Shown one piece after another: positions 33,962-47,029 of a stretch of 64,000 bases of DNA. The position numbers were made by a program, and so were the translations under genes. How positions within the stretch are numbered: the first letter of the stretch is position 1; each line of letters starts with the position of its first letter. The stretch covers positions 1 to 64,000 of the forward strand of contig JBBRPR010000018.1 of the NCBI GenBank assembly GCA_038227875.1, in the 5' to 3' direction. Below the pieces are notes generated by a model. The model did no database searches and was not told the DNA's origin. It worked only from the letters and a program-made list of their open reading frames with translations. The stretch comes from Planctomycetota bacterium. GTDB taxonomy: Bacteria; Planctomycetota; SZUA-567; H5-PLA8.

Positions 33962-36292
33962 ATGCTAAAGAAACGCGCAGCGATTCTGGCCGTACTCGTC
34001 GCTCCGATCTTTGCTCTGCATGCCGCTGACTACATTCCGCCCAGCGCCGAATCCGCCGCGGATCTGATCAAGCTGCGCCTCGCCACGGATCTCCCGCGTC
34101 TCAAGCAACCGTCGGTGATGATCACGATGTTCGGCTCGCTGGATTCCGTCAAGCTGATCGGCGCCGACAACCAGAACCTCACCGTTAATTACAAAGAGAA
34201 AAACTTCGACCAGGCGTGGAGCAAAATGTCGGTGCAGGACATTGTCACCGTCGCCGATGTCTGCTTCGCCGGCGATGCGCAGGGCATGCTCTCGGAACTC
34301 GACTACACCTTCGCCACCGGACAACTCCAGCGCGCTCACGATCTGATCGAAGAAAAGCTCAAGACCACCACCGACGCGAAGATCAAGCAGCAGCTCGATG
34401 AGCGCATGGCTTACTGGAAGGTAAAGACCACGCCGCAGCATCCTGTCGCCGTCAGCGCGGCGTCGGTACAGACGGGATTCAACGGTGGCGGAAATCCGAC
34501 TGGCGTCCCGGCTGAAGCGGCGGCTTCCAGCTCACCCCTGGCCGCACCCGCGAAGATCGCCTTCACGCCGTCGGAACCCGGCAAGCTTAAGCCGGTGAAG
34601 GAAGTCGCGGCGGCGCTCGACAACGCGATCGAAATCGATCTCGCCGAAATGGGCCTCCGTCCGGAAGCAGTCTGCGACGACCCCGCGTTTCTGCGCCGCT
34701 CTTCGTTGGACTTGACGGGTCAGATTCCGACGCCGGAAGAGGTGATCGGCTTCTTCAACGACAACACGCCCGGCAAACGCGAAAAGAAAATTGAAGAGAT
34801 GCTCAAGCGCCCCGAATACGCCGACCGCTGGGCGACGTTCTGGGAAGTGCTCCTCGTCGGCCGCCACACACGCGACAACGCTGAAGTCGACACCGGCGAA
34901 CTGAAGAACTGGCTGCGTGACGAATTCGCCAAGAACGAACCGTACGACAAGATGGTCACGGAGCTGCTCACCGCCAGCGGCGAGAACGACAAGAACGGCC
35001 CGGTCAATTACCTCTCGTACCATCTGGCCGACACGCTGCCGAATACGATGGCGCATCTTTCGCAGACGTTCCTCGGCGCACGCATCGGTTGCGCGCAGTG
35101 CCACGACCATCCATTCGACAAGTGGACGCAGGACGACTTCTGGGGATTCTCATCGTTCCTGGCCAACACGCGCAGCGAACGCAAGGAACTCCGCGAAGAC
35201 CCCAAGGATCCCAAGAAAGTCACGCGCGCCTGGCACGTCGTCACCGATCAGCAGACCCGCAACGGCGATGGCCGCTACGCGCCGCCGCGCGCTGAACTGA
35301 ATCTACCGCCCCGCGGACTCGACGCGCCGGTCTTCAAGCCCGACGCGCCAGCGAAGACGGCCTTGAAAGCAGAACTCAAGAAGCCAGACGAAAAAAAGCC
35401 CGATGCCAATGCCAAGATGGACAAAGGCATGGAAAAGGGCATGGACAAAAACATGGCCGGCATGGGCATGATGGGCATGGGCGGATCAGGCGGCGATGCC
35501 GGCCAGATGGGCCAGCTCTACCGCCGCGGCCTGGCCGCCTGGATCACCAGCGAGAAGAACGAAAAGTTCGCGCAGTCGGTGGTCAACCGCATCTGGCGCG
35601 AAATGTTCGGCTACGGACTGGTCGAACCCGTCGACGACATTCGCCCCAAGAATCCGCCGTCGCACCCGGAAGTGATGAGCATTCTCGCCAACGATTTCAA
35701 CGCCTCCGGCCGCGATTTGAAGCGCTTGATGGCGATCATCGCCAACACCAAGGCCTACCAGCGCAGCGCCAACGGACAGGGAACGAAAGTCGACCGCATG
35801 AAGGCCGTCCGCAACGCCGCGCGCGCGGAAGTCCGGCCGATGGGCCCCGAGATGCTCTTCACCGCGATCATCAAAGCCTGCGGCGGCGAAGAGAAAGCCA
35901 AGGCGCTGATGGACGGCCTGCGCAAGCGTGATCAGGCCGACATGGACAAGAAGAACGTCGCCGTCGATCAGACCGTGACCGACGTCTACAACCTGATGCA
36001 GCGCTTCATCAACACCTCCACCGCCGAAGACCGCGCGGGCAAGCTGCAGTTCGAGGGCACCGTCTCGCAGGCGCTGATGATGATGCATTCCGATTTCATC
36101 AACAAAGCGATCCGCGACGGCATCTCACGCTTCAAGAAAAAAGGTCAGGCCGACATGATCTACATTTTTGCTGCAACGCTCGGCCGTCCGCCAACGCCTA
36201 TAGAATCGGCCGCCTTCGCCAGCTACGGCGCGGACCTCGAAGGTACGATGTGGATCCTGCTGAACTCATCGGAATTCGTAACGATACATTAG
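33962..36292 (+). CDS. DUF1549/DUF1553 (PSCyt2/PSD1) secreted protein
   Basis: FLRR..LDLTG.IPT, N.PYD.MV.ELL, FLG.RIGCAQCHDHPF..W, NR.W...FG.GLVEPVDD, PPSHPE. Confidence 0.92.
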   Translation: MLKKRAAILAVLVAPIFALHAADYIPPSAESAADLIKLRLATDLPRLKQPSVMITMFGSLDSVKLIGADNQNLTVNYKEKNFDQAWSKMSVQDIVTVADVCFAGDAQGMLSELDYTFATGQLQRAHDLIEEKLKTTTDAKIKQQLDERMAYWKVKTTPQHPVAVSAASVQTGFNGGGNPTGVPAEAAASSSPLAAPAKIAFTPSEPGKLKPVKEVAAALDNAIEIDLAEMGLRPEAVCDDPAFLRRSSLDLTGQIPTPEEVIGFFNDNTPGKREKKIEEMLKRPEYADRWATFWEVLLVGRHTRDNAEVDTGELKNWLRDEFAKNEPYDKMVTELLTASGENDKNGPVNYLSYHLADTLPNTMAHLSQTFLGARIGCAQCHDHPFDKWTQDDFWGFSSFLANTRSERKELREDPKDPKKVTRAWHVVTDQQTRNGDGRYAPPRAELNLPPRGLDAPVFKPDAPAKTALKAELKKPDEKKPDANAKMDKGMEKGMDKNMAGMGMMGMGGSGGDAGQMGQLYRRGLAAWITSEKNEKFAQSVVNRIWREMFGYGLVEPVDDIRPKNPPSHPEVMSILANDFNASGRDLKRLMAIIANTKAYQRSANGQGTKVDRMKAVRNAARAEVRPMGPEMLFTAIIKACGGEEKAKALMDGLRKRDQADMDKKNVAVDQTVTDVYNLMQRFINTSTAEDRAGKLQFEGTVSQALMMMHSDFINKAIRDGISRFKKKGQADMIYIFAATLGRPPTPIESAAFASYGADLEGTMWILLNSSEFVTIH

Positions 36293-36336
36293 TGATGATG
36301 CTGAACGCGTAACCGCCGTACCTGGAGGATTCAATC

Positions 36337-37650
36337 ATGTTCAACACCCCTCTCACTCGCCGCGGTCTGGTGAAAAACTCCATCGCCGCGACGCTCGGCT
36401 TTATGCTGGGGCGCAACCTGATTCCATCCGCTTGGGCGGCCGATGAAAAGGGCGCGGCGCTGAAAGGCACAGGCGTCGGCTCGGCGGCGACCAGCGACTA
36501 CACGCCTGCTAAGGGCAAGGCGAAGAATGTGATCCTGCTCTGGATGGCCGGCGGACCCAGCCACCTCGACACGTTCGATCCCAAGCCCGGCACGAAGTTC
36601 TCCGGCGGCGTCAACGCGATTGAAGCGGCCAACGGTCTCCAGATTTCCGCAAAGTTCCCCAAGCTCGCAGCGCAGGGCCGCCACCTCTGCGTGCTCCGCG
36701 GCGTCTCCTCCAAAGAAGGCGACCACAACAACGCCAGCCATCTCATGCACACCGGCTACCGCGAACAGTCCGGCGTCCAGTTCCCCAGCCTCGGCTCGAT
36801 CGTCTGCGCCGAAGCCAAGGACGGTCCGCGCAGCGAATTGCCCAGCTACGTCTCAATCAACGGCAGCGGCTACGGGGCAGGACTTTATGGCGCCGACTAC
36901 GGCCCGTTCAATTGCAGCGCCGGTCAGCCGATTCCCGATCTGAAAGCGCCGATGTCCGATGTGATCATGGATTCGCGCCGCGACCTGCTCAACAAGCTCG
37001 ACTCCTATTACGCCGGAATGTCCGGCGCACCGCTGGCGCTCGAACACCGCCAAACCTACGAGCGCGCCGTCAAGCTCGCGCGCTCACCGCTGGCGAAGCT
37101 ATTCGAAACCAAGGGCGAAGAGAAAAGTCTCTCCGCGTACGGTGATTCCGGTTTCGGCAAAGCCTGTTACGTGGCCAAGCGCCTGATCAGCAAGGGCGGC
37201 GTCCGCTTCGTGGAAATCGGACAGGGCGGCTGGGACACCCACGCCAAGAACGACGAGAGCACCAAGAATCTCTGCACGCAGGTCGACCAACCCTTCGCGC
37301 GCTTGCTGGAAGAACTCAGCGCCGACGGTCTGCTCGAATCGACGCTGGTCGTCTGGATGGGCGAGTTCGGCCGTACGCCGGACATCAACGCTGGTGGTGG
37401 CCGCGATCATTACCCGCGCTGCTTCAGCATCTGCATGGCCGGCGGCGGAGTGAAGGGCGGCCAGGCGGTCGGCAAATCCAACGCCAGCGGCCACGAACCC
37501 GACGGCAAGGCGATCGTGATTCCCGACTTCTACTACACACTCGCCGATGCCTGTGGCATCGACCCGACCAAGATCCGCGAATCGGCCGAAGGCCGCCCGA
37601 TCCAAGTCGTCGATCGCGGTGCCAAGGCGGTCCCGGGCGTGTTCGGCTGA
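36337..37650 (+). CDS. DUF1501 protein with Tat signal
   Basis: TRRGLV twin-arginine, LWMAGGPSHLDTFDPKP, GWDTH, GEFGRTP, RDH. Confidence 0.93.
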   Translation: MFNTPLTRRGLVKNSIAATLGFMLGRNLIPSAWAADEKGAALKGTGVGSAATSDYTPAKGKAKNVILLWMAGGPSHLDTFDPKPGTKFSGGVNAIEAANGLQISAKFPKLAAQGRHLCVLRGVSSKEGDHNNASHLMHTGYREQSGVQFPSLGSIVCAEAKDGPRSELPSYVSINGSGYGAGLYGADYGPFNCSAGQPIPDLKAPMSDVIMDSRRDLLNKLDSYYAGMSGAPLALEHRQTYERAVKLARSPLAKLFETKGEEKSLSAYGDSGFGKACYVAKRLISKGGVRFVEIGQGGWDTHAKNDESTKNLCTQVDQPFARLLEELSADGLLESTLVVWMGEFGRTPDINAGGGRDHYPRCFSICMAGGGVKGGQAVGKSNASGHEPDGKAIVIPDFYYTLADACGIDPTKIRESAEGRPIQVVDRGAKAVPGVFG

Positions 37651-37685
37651 TCGCTTTGACGCAATGTCATTCCGACCTGATCTTT

Positions 37686-37716
37686 AGAGCCGCGTTTTGA
37701 CGCGGCTCTTACTTTT
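37686..37716 (+). terminator. Putative terminator hairpin after DUF1501
   Basis: AGAGCCGCGT-TTTG-ACGCGGCTCT followed by TACTTTT. Confidence 0.6.
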
Positions 37717-38018
37717 GTAGGCGAGGGACCCTGTGGCAAATTTACCACAGGGTTGCCGTCCCTAAAATCATTGTTAGGGATCGGCACATGCTTCGCGAAA
37801 TGAGGTTCTGTTTGTGTGGTTGCCGTGCCACTTTGACAAGGTAGATCCGGCTCGCCTTCCTCACCTGAGGAAATGACAACCCTACAAAGTGCGCTATGCG
37901 AAGGTTACGTTCCTTGCTATAGTCCGGGAACGTAGTCAGCGTGGCGCAGGCGAGACGTTCCTGCACGGCTAATAGCGGGCCATGAACTTTGGGTCTGCGC
38001 TTCAATGAGGGAATGATC

Positions 38019-40655
<2,637 letters not shown>

Positions 40656-40676
40656 GTCAGGTAACCATTCCGAATG

Positions 40677-40704
40677 AAAAAGGGCGCTTAAAGCGCCCTT
40701 TTTT
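40677..40704. terminator. Intrinsic terminator after clpC
   Basis: AAAAAGGGCGCTT-A-AAGCGCCCTTTTTT. Confidence 0.85.
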
Positions 40705-40737
40705 ATTGGATAGTGCTCTCCCAAGAGGTCGAAGCCC

Positions 40738-42309
40738 ATGCCCACCCGCCGCGTCATCAACATCGTCAACTTCATCCGCTACGACGAACCGCGCGTCGCG
40801 ATGGATCTGATGCTGCCGGTCGTCGAACAGATGAAGCTGCTCGCCACTGCGAAGTTGCCGGTGACGTGGCTGCTGCAGTTCGATGCGCTCGTCGCGGGAC
40901 CGTACGTGCCGTTTCTTAAAGCTAATATGCCAGCGAACCACGAAGTCGGGCTCTGGTTTGAAATCAACCGCATGCATTGCGATGCCGCCGGCATTCCGTT
41001 TCATGGAGCCGACGGATTGAACTGGGATTATCACGCCCAAGCGTCCTTAAGCGTCGGCTACACGCCCGACGAGCGGCGAAAGCTGGTCGACGTCGCCGTC
41101 GCCCGCTTCCGCGAGATCTTCGGTCACGCGCCGCGGTCAGTGGCGGCGTGGTACATCGACGCGGTCACGCTCGATCACTTTTCGTCGATGCACAAAATCA
41201 CAGCGACGGCCAACTGCAAGGACCAGTACGGCACCGACGGCTACACGCTCTGGGGTGCGCCGTACGCCGGCGCGTATTATCCGTCGAAACTGAACGCAAT
41301 GGTTCCCGCGTCCACTCCCGAGCAGCAGATCGGCGTACCGCTCTTCCGCATGCTCGGCAGCGATCCGATCCATCAATACGACCTCGATCTCGGCGAACCG
41401 CTGCAGCGCGTGCTCTCGCTCGAACCCGTCTACGGCAACGGCGGCGCCGATCCAAATTGGGTGACGAAGTACCTCGACATCATCGCGCTCTCCCCCGCCC
41501 TCGCCCTCTCCTACGCGCAAGCCGGGCAGGAGAACAGCTTCGGCTGGGAGGCGATGAAATCCGGTTACGAACTTCAAGTCGCAGAATTCGTCCGCCGCCG
41601 TGACGCAGAAGAAGTGGAATTCGAATGCATGGGCGACACCGGGGCGTGGTTTCAGAAATCGTTTCCCGAAACGCCACCGCAGGCAACCACTGCGCTGACC
41701 GATACGCTCGGCGGCAACCGCCGCTCGATCTGGTATCACTCGAAATTCTACCGCGCCAATCTGCTGCTGCAGGACGACGCGATTCGCATCCGCGACATCC
41801 ATCTCTTCAACCAGAATTATCCCGAGCGCTTTCTCACCGAGACCTGCAAGGAACACGCCGCGGTCTTCGACACGCTTCCGGTGCTCGATGGATTGCAGTG
41901 GTCGACGAAGGAGCACCGCGCATGGGGCACGCCGCTGTTACTGCGCGATGGAACGATCGTTCACCCGCTGCGCGCCAAGGCCAATCCGAAAGTCACTGAA
42001 CACGGCTCGGTCCTCGTGCTGGAATTCCCACTCGACGCCGGCGACGGAACGTTGCGCGTGGTCTTCGACGCCGACGCGATGCGCTGGACGCTCTTTCCTT
42101 TCGCGCCGGGATTCACGCTCGGCTTGGAATTCCGCTGGGCACCTGGAGCCCCCGCGACGATGACGGGCGTTTCCGCGGACGCCTTGGAATTCCAACACAA
42201 CGGATTCAAGTATGGAGTCGGCGTCAAAAATTCGAAGATCGAGCGCACGCGCAAGGGTTTCATGCTCAAAGGCGCCGCGACGGAAATCGAACTCCGGTTT
42301 CGCGCGTAG
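40738..42309 (+). CDS. Conserved-looking hypothetical protein, possibly carbohydrate esterase/GH-type barrel plus beta-sandwich
   Basis: INIVNFIR..EPR, LPVTWLLQFDAL, HEVGLWFE, F..IFG..P.SV..W..D, DGYTLWG; function not established. Confidence 0.6.
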   Translation: MPTRRVINIVNFIRYDEPRVAMDLMLPVVEQMKLLATAKLPVTWLLQFDALVAGPYVPFLKANMPANHEVGLWFEINRMHCDAAGIPFHGADGLNWDYHAQASLSVGYTPDERRKLVDVAVARFREIFGHAPRSVAAWYIDAVTLDHFSSMHKITATANCKDQYGTDGYTLWGAPYAGAYYPSKLNAMVPASTPEQQIGVPLFRMLGSDPIHQYDLDLGEPLQRVLSLEPVYGNGGADPNWVTKYLDIIALSPALALSYAQAGQENSFGWEAMKSGYELQVAEFVRRRDAEEVEFECMGDTGAWFQKSFPETPPQATTALTDTLGGNRRSIWYHSKFYRANLLLQDDAIRIRDIHLFNQNYPERFLTETCKEHAAVFDTLPVLDGLQWSTKEHRAWGTPLLLRDGTIVHPLRAKANPKVTEHGSVLVLEFPLDAGDGTLRVVFDADAMRWTLFPFAPGFTLGLEFRWAPGAPATMTGVSADALEFQHNGFKYGVGVKNSKIERTRKGFMLKGAATEIELRFRA

Positions 42310-42343
42310 CTACATTCCGCTGCCGTGATAGAACCTCTCGATC

Positions 42344-43825
42344 ATGGCGAAAAAACCGTCGATCATTTTTTTCTGCAAGCAATGCGGCCACGAAACGCAC
42401 CGCTGGGAAGGCAAGTGCCCGGGTTGCCACGAGTGGGATACGCTGGTCGAGGCACCGAGTGAGCAGTCTAAGAACTCCAAGCGCTCCCGCAGTGGCGGCG
42501 GAAGCAATGGCGACGGGCCCACGCGCCTGACGCTCGTCACCGGTTCACAGCCCAAACCCTTGCGCGAACACGCGCGAGAGAAACTGCCGCGCATCCCCGT
42601 GCCCCTGGCGGAATTTCATCGCGTCCTCGGCGGCGGCATCGTGCCGGGCGGCAGCGTGCTCGTCGGCGGCGAGCCGGGCATCGGCAAGTCGACGTTGCTG
42701 CTCCAACTGCTCGCCACGCTCGCGTCCGTTTCGCCGGGCTCCGAAGACGGCAAGCACGGTTTTCTCTACATCACCGGCGAAGAAGCGCCCAGCCAGATCG
42801 CCGCGCGCGGTCTGCGCCTGGCGGATTCTGAAAATGGCAGCAAAGCCGACAGCTTCAAGAAGGGTTACGACAGCGACAACCTGAAACTCGCCAGCGAAAC
42901 CAGCCTCGCCACGATTCTGGAGATGCTCGATGCCGAACGCCCGCGCGTCGCTGTAATCGACTCCGTGCAGACGTTGCGCGATGACGCCTTGAACTCCGCG
43001 CCCGGTTCCGTCAGCCAGGTCCGCGAATGCGCGATGGCGCTGGTCGACGCGGCACGGCAGCTCAACGTCGCCGTCTTCCTGATCGGCCACGTCACCAAAG
43101 ACGGCACGATCGCCGGACCGCGCGTGCTCGAACATGTTGTCGACACGGTGCTGAATTTCGAAGGCGAACCGCGGCTGGATTTGCGCGTGCTCCGTGCGAG
43201 CAAGAACCGTTTTGGCAGCACCGACGAAGCGGGATTTTTCGAGATGACCCCCACGGGGCTCAACGAAGTCCCCGACCCGTCTGCCGCGCTGCTCGACCGC
43301 GACGGCGCGGCCGACAAGGGCGCCGGCTCGGCCATCGGCGCGCTCTGCGAAGGCACGCGCGTATTGCTGATCGAACTGCAAGGCCTGACCGTGCCGGTCC
43401 CCGGCGGCGGCAGCCCGCGGCGCAAGGCCAGCGGCGTCGACGCCAACCGCCTCGCGCAGATTCTCGCCGTGCTCGAAGCGAAAGCCGGCGTGCCTTTCGG
43501 CCTGCTCGACGTCTTCGCCAGCGCGGCCGGTGGTTTCCGCATCGACGAGCCTGCGGGCGACCTGCCGCTCGCCCTGGCGCTCGCCTCCGTCGCCACGAAT
43601 CGGCCGGTGCGCGAACGCCTCGTGGCCGCGGGTGAAGTGGGCCTCGGCGGCGAAATCCGTCCGATCGCGCGCGTCGAAGCGCGCATCGCGGAAGCGCGGC
43701 GACTCGGCTTTCAGAGCGTGCTTCTTCCTGCGCGTGGACGAACTACACTGCCCTCACAGATGAACGGCATGAAAATTCTGCGCGCGCGAACACTGAAGGA
43801 AGCGCTGCTGCTCGGTCTCGCTTAG
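42344..43825 (+). CDS. radA: DNA repair protein RadA/Sms
   Basis: CKQCG..CPGC zinc finger, GEPGIGKSTLL, KNRFG, Lon-like C-terminus GEVGL.GE.R. Confidence 0.97.
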   Translation: MAKKPSIIFFCKQCGHETHRWEGKCPGCHEWDTLVEAPSEQSKNSKRSRSGGGSNGDGPTRLTLVTGSQPKPLREHAREKLPRIPVPLAEFHRVLGGGIVPGGSVLVGGEPGIGKSTLLLQLLATLASVSPGSEDGKHGFLYITGEEAPSQIAARGLRLADSENGSKADSFKKGYDSDNLKLASETSLATILEMLDAERPRVAVIDSVQTLRDDALNSAPGSVSQVRECAMALVDAARQLNVAVFLIGHVTKDGTIAGPRVLEHVVDTVLNFEGEPRLDLRVLRASKNRFGSTDEAGFFEMTPTGLNEVPDPSAALLDRDGAADKGAGSAIGALCEGTRVLLIELQGLTVPVPGGGSPRRKASGVDANRLAQILAVLEAKAGVPFGLLDVFASAAGGFRIDEPAGDLPLALALASVATNRPVRERLVAAGEVGLGGEIRPIARVEARIAEARRLGFQSVLLPARGRTTLPSQMNGMKILRARTLKEALLLGLA

Positions 43826-44724
43826 CCGTTGGCTTTGCGCCATATCTTCGGTGATTGTCCATGCGCGGCGCGGAAGACGCGGCCGAAGACGCTGGGGTCC
43901 GGGTACCCGACCATTGCTCCGATGCGTGCGAGCGGTAGATCCGAACGTGCGAGCAGCGCCTCCGCCTGGCGCAACCGTTCCTGACGCAGAAAACTGCCGG
44001 GCGTGAAGCCGCGGATCTTCGTGTACTGCACGGTGAACTGCGTGCGGCTCAAGTTTGCAGCGCGTGCAAAATCGGTGACGGAAAATCCCGCGCCCAAACT
44101 CTGCCTCGCTTGCAGTTCCGCACGGGCGAAGCGGGCTTCGAGATCGAATCCCGCGCCGGGATTCCGGCGCTTTGCCTCCGCGGCCACCCACGTCAGCATC
44201 AGCGTCGAGAGCGTCGTCGTGGCTTCCAGATATGCGAGATGATCGTCGCGCTTGAAGAGCGCGATGATGCGCGGAATCGTCTGCGCAAAAATCTCCTGCA
44301 GCGGCTGCGGCACCACGACCGGCAAGTCCACGCCCCAGACGTCCGCCGGCGGCGGCTGGATAAAGCGAGCCGAGGCGCTCAGGTCGGAATCGTAGGGCCC
44401 GGGATGCGGCGCGGAGGCGCGTTGGGGATTCCACATTACATCGAAGTGAATCCACGCCGGCCGGCTGCCACGTTTCGAACCGAGATCGTGGAGCACCTTC
44501 GGCGCCACTAGATAACACCCGCGCGCGGGAATCGTGAACGGCTTGCCGCCGACCACGATCTGCTCTTCTCCGGCCAGCGAACAGACGAGCAGATAATAGG
44601 TCAGACGCCGCTGGGGAATGCTCCACGGATTGCGCGGGCTATCGTCGCCGCCGTGGATGTAGACACAGTACGGACCGCTGGTCGCGAGCATCGCCGCTCC
44701 ACACAAAATGTTGACTGTTCCCAT
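43822..44724 (-). CDS. AraC-family transcriptional regulator
   Basis: Cupin N-term; C-term double HTH ending VGY.DPSVFGRVFR...G.SP..WR; exact start uncertain. Confidence 0.88.
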   Translation of the reverse strand: MGTVNILCGAAMLATSGPYCVYIHGGDDSPRNPWSIPQRRLTYYLLVCSLAGEEQIVVGGKPFTIPARGCYLVAPKVLHDLGSKRGSRPAWIHFDVMWNPQRASAPHPGPYDSDLSASARFIQPPPADVWGVDLPVVVPQPLQEIFAQTIPRIIALFKRDDHLAYLEATTTLSTLMLTWVAAEAKRRNPGAGFDLEARFARAELQARQSLGAGFSVTDFARAANLSRTQFTVQYTKIRGFTPGSFLRQERLRQAEALLARSDLPLARIGAMVGYPDPSVFGRVFRAAHGQSPKIWRKANG

Positions 44725-44856
44725 AGGCAGTGTAACTCCTCACTGCTCAATTCAATACAAAAAGTCTATTCCGGAGGACATCTTATCTAATGCATTGCCC
44801 GGCATCGGGAGTAACTTATCTCCAGCGGATCAAACACCTCAAAAGGAGACACTTCG

Positions 44857-46974
44857 ATGGGTCAGCGCACGATTCCGGCCGGTTATGAAGAACGCGTCTA
44901 TGCGGGCGTGTTGGGCAAAATCATCGGCGTGTATCTGGGCCGCCCCTTCGAAGGCTGGGACTACGCGCGCATCATGCGCGATCTGGGTGAGATCAACTAC
45001 TACGTCCACGAAAAGCTGAAAGCCCCCCTGATCGTGACCGACGACGACATCTCCGGCACCTTCACCTTCTTCCGCGCGCTGGAAGACTTCGGCTACTCAA
45101 AGAACCTGACCGCAGCGCAGATCGGCAAAAGCTGGCTCAACTACATCATCGAAAACCGCACGATCCTCTGGTGGGGCGGCATGGGCACGTCGACGGAGCA
45201 CACCGCGTTTCAGCGCCTGAAGCGCGGCATCGAAGCGCCGCGGAGCGGCTCGATCGAACTCAATGGACAGGTCGTCGCCGAACAGATCGGCTCGCAAATC
45301 TTCATCGACGGCTGGGGCATGGTCGCGCCGGGCGACCCGGAACTCGCCGCAGACCTCTCCATGAAAGCCGCCAGCGTCAGCCACGACGGAGAAGCGATCT
45401 ACGGCGCGCAGGTCATCGCGGCGATGGAAGCTCAGGCGTTTGTCGAGCAGGACATGAACAAGCTCTTCGACACGGGCTTGCGCTTCATTCCGAAGGACTG
45501 CACGATCCGCCGCCTGATCGACGACATCCGTGAGTGGCAGGTGAAAGACAAGGATTGGCGGCACACGCGCGAACGAATTCAGGGCGCGTACGGCTACGAC
45601 AAGTTCGGCGGCGGCTGTCACATGGTTCCCAATCACGCCGTGATCATTCTCGCGCTGGCGTACGCGCCGGACGATTTCCAGAAGAGCCTGATGATCGCCA
45701 ACACGGCCGGCTGGGACACCGACTGCAATTCCGGAAACGTCGGCTGCCTGATGGGCATCCGCATGGGTTTGAAGGGCATCGACGCCGGCCCCGATTGGCG
45801 CGGCCCGGTCGCGGACCGTCTCTACCTGCCGACGGCCGACGGCGGACGCTGCATCACCGACGCGGCGCGCGAAACCCTGTCGATCGTGAAGGCCGGACAC
45901 ATTCTGGCCGGCCAGGAATTCAAAGCGCCCAAGAACGGCGCGCGCTTCCACTTCGAACTTCAAGGTTCGGTGCAAGGCTTCGTTCTGGAGCAGAGTCCCG
46001 ATACGCGCGGCGTCGCGACCGTCGAGAACACCGCCGGGCACAGCCGCACCGGTTCGCGCAGCCTGGCGATCCGCTACAAAGGCGTGGCGCTCGGCCGCTC
46101 GGCGCGCGTAGCCACGGCCACCTTCATGCCGAAAGATGCGCTGACCATGGGCGGATATTCGCTCTATTCCAGCCCGACACTGTACAGCGGGCAGGTGGTC
46201 TCGGCGGCGCTGGAGACCGACGCGGCGAACACGGTACCGGTGAGCGTGCGGCCGTACGTGCGCTTCTACGGGCAGGATGACAATCTGGAAATCGCGCGCG
46301 GTCCGGAATCGAAACTGGCCGGCGGCGGCGCTAGGGTGCTCGACTGGAAGATTCCCGAAGTCGACGGCCCGATCGCGGAAGTCGGCATCGAAATCTCTTC
46401 AGACGTCGCGGCGGAAGGTTCCGTCTACGTCGATTACCTGACGTGGAAGGGTGCGCCGTCGGTGACGCTGGGCAAGCCCAAGCAGGCCGGCAGCGCGTGG
46501 ACGCGAGCGTGGGTGAACGCCGCCGATCAGCTCTGGTTTCCGAACGCCGAACATCCGTACCGCCTGATGAGCGACTCCGGTCACAAGCTGATCAGCACCG
46601 GCACCGCCGAGTGGTCGGACTACACCGTCAGCGCCAACGTCCGTCCGCATCTGGCCAGCGCCGCCGGCGTCGCCGCGTGCGTGCAGGGCTTGCAACGCTA
46701 CTACGCGTTGGTGCTCTGCCCGGGCAACAAGGTTAGGCTCGTGAAGCAGCAGTACGGTTTGAGCGTGCTGGCCGAAGCCGACTTCAACTGGAAATTCGGC
46801 GAAACGGTCTCCCTCTCGCTGACCACGAAGGGCACGAAGCTCAGCGCGACGGCCAACGGCAAGACGCTGTTCAAGGTCGATGATGCAGGCTCGCCGTTGA
46901 CCTCCGGCGGCGTGGCGTTGATCATCGACGAAGGACGCCTGGATGCCGGACCGGTGAGCGTGCAGCCGGCGTAA
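44857..46974 (+). CDS. ADP-ribosylglycohydrolase family protein with C-terminal beta-sandwich domains
   Basis: GKIIGV.LG.PFEGW, TDDD, SHDGE, GWDTDCN.GNVG; AAGGAG RBS. Confidence 0.9.
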   Translation: MGQRTIPAGYEERVYAGVLGKIIGVYLGRPFEGWDYARIMRDLGEINYYVHEKLKAPLIVTDDDISGTFTFFRALEDFGYSKNLTAAQIGKSWLNYIIENRTILWWGGMGTSTEHTAFQRLKRGIEAPRSGSIELNGQVVAEQIGSQIFIDGWGMVAPGDPELAADLSMKAASVSHDGEAIYGAQVIAAMEAQAFVEQDMNKLFDTGLRFIPKDCTIRRLIDDIREWQVKDKDWRHTRERIQGAYGYDKFGGGCHMVPNHAVIILALAYAPDDFQKSLMIANTAGWDTDCNSGNVGCLMGIRMGLKGIDAGPDWRGPVADRLYLPTADGGRCITDAARETLSIVKAGHILAGQEFKAPKNGARFHFELQGSVQGFVLEQSPDTRGVATVENTAGHSRTGSRSLAIRYKGVALGRSARVATATFMPKDALTMGGYSLYSSPTLYSGQVVSAALETDAANTVPVSVRPYVRFYGQDDNLEIARGPESKLAGGGARVLDWKIPEVDGPIAEVGIEISSDVAAEGSVYVDYLTWKGAPSVTLGKPKQAGSAWTRAWVNAADQLWFPNAEHPYRLMSDSGHKLISTGTAEWSDYTVSANVRPHLASAAGVAACVQGLQRYYALVLCPGNKVRLVKQQYGLSVLAEADFNWKFGETVSLSLTTKGTKLSATANGKTLFKVDDAGSPLTSGGVALIIDEGRLDAGPVSVQPA

Positions 46975-47002
46975 TTCGAAGGAAACGTTTGCCAAATCTT
47001 AG

Positions 47003-47028
47003 CGGCACGATCGGAAACGGTCGTGCCG
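47003..47028. terminator. Hairpin between convergent genes
   Basis: CGGCACGATCG-GAAA-CGGTCGTGCCG. Confidence 0.55.
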
Positions 47029-47029
47029 T

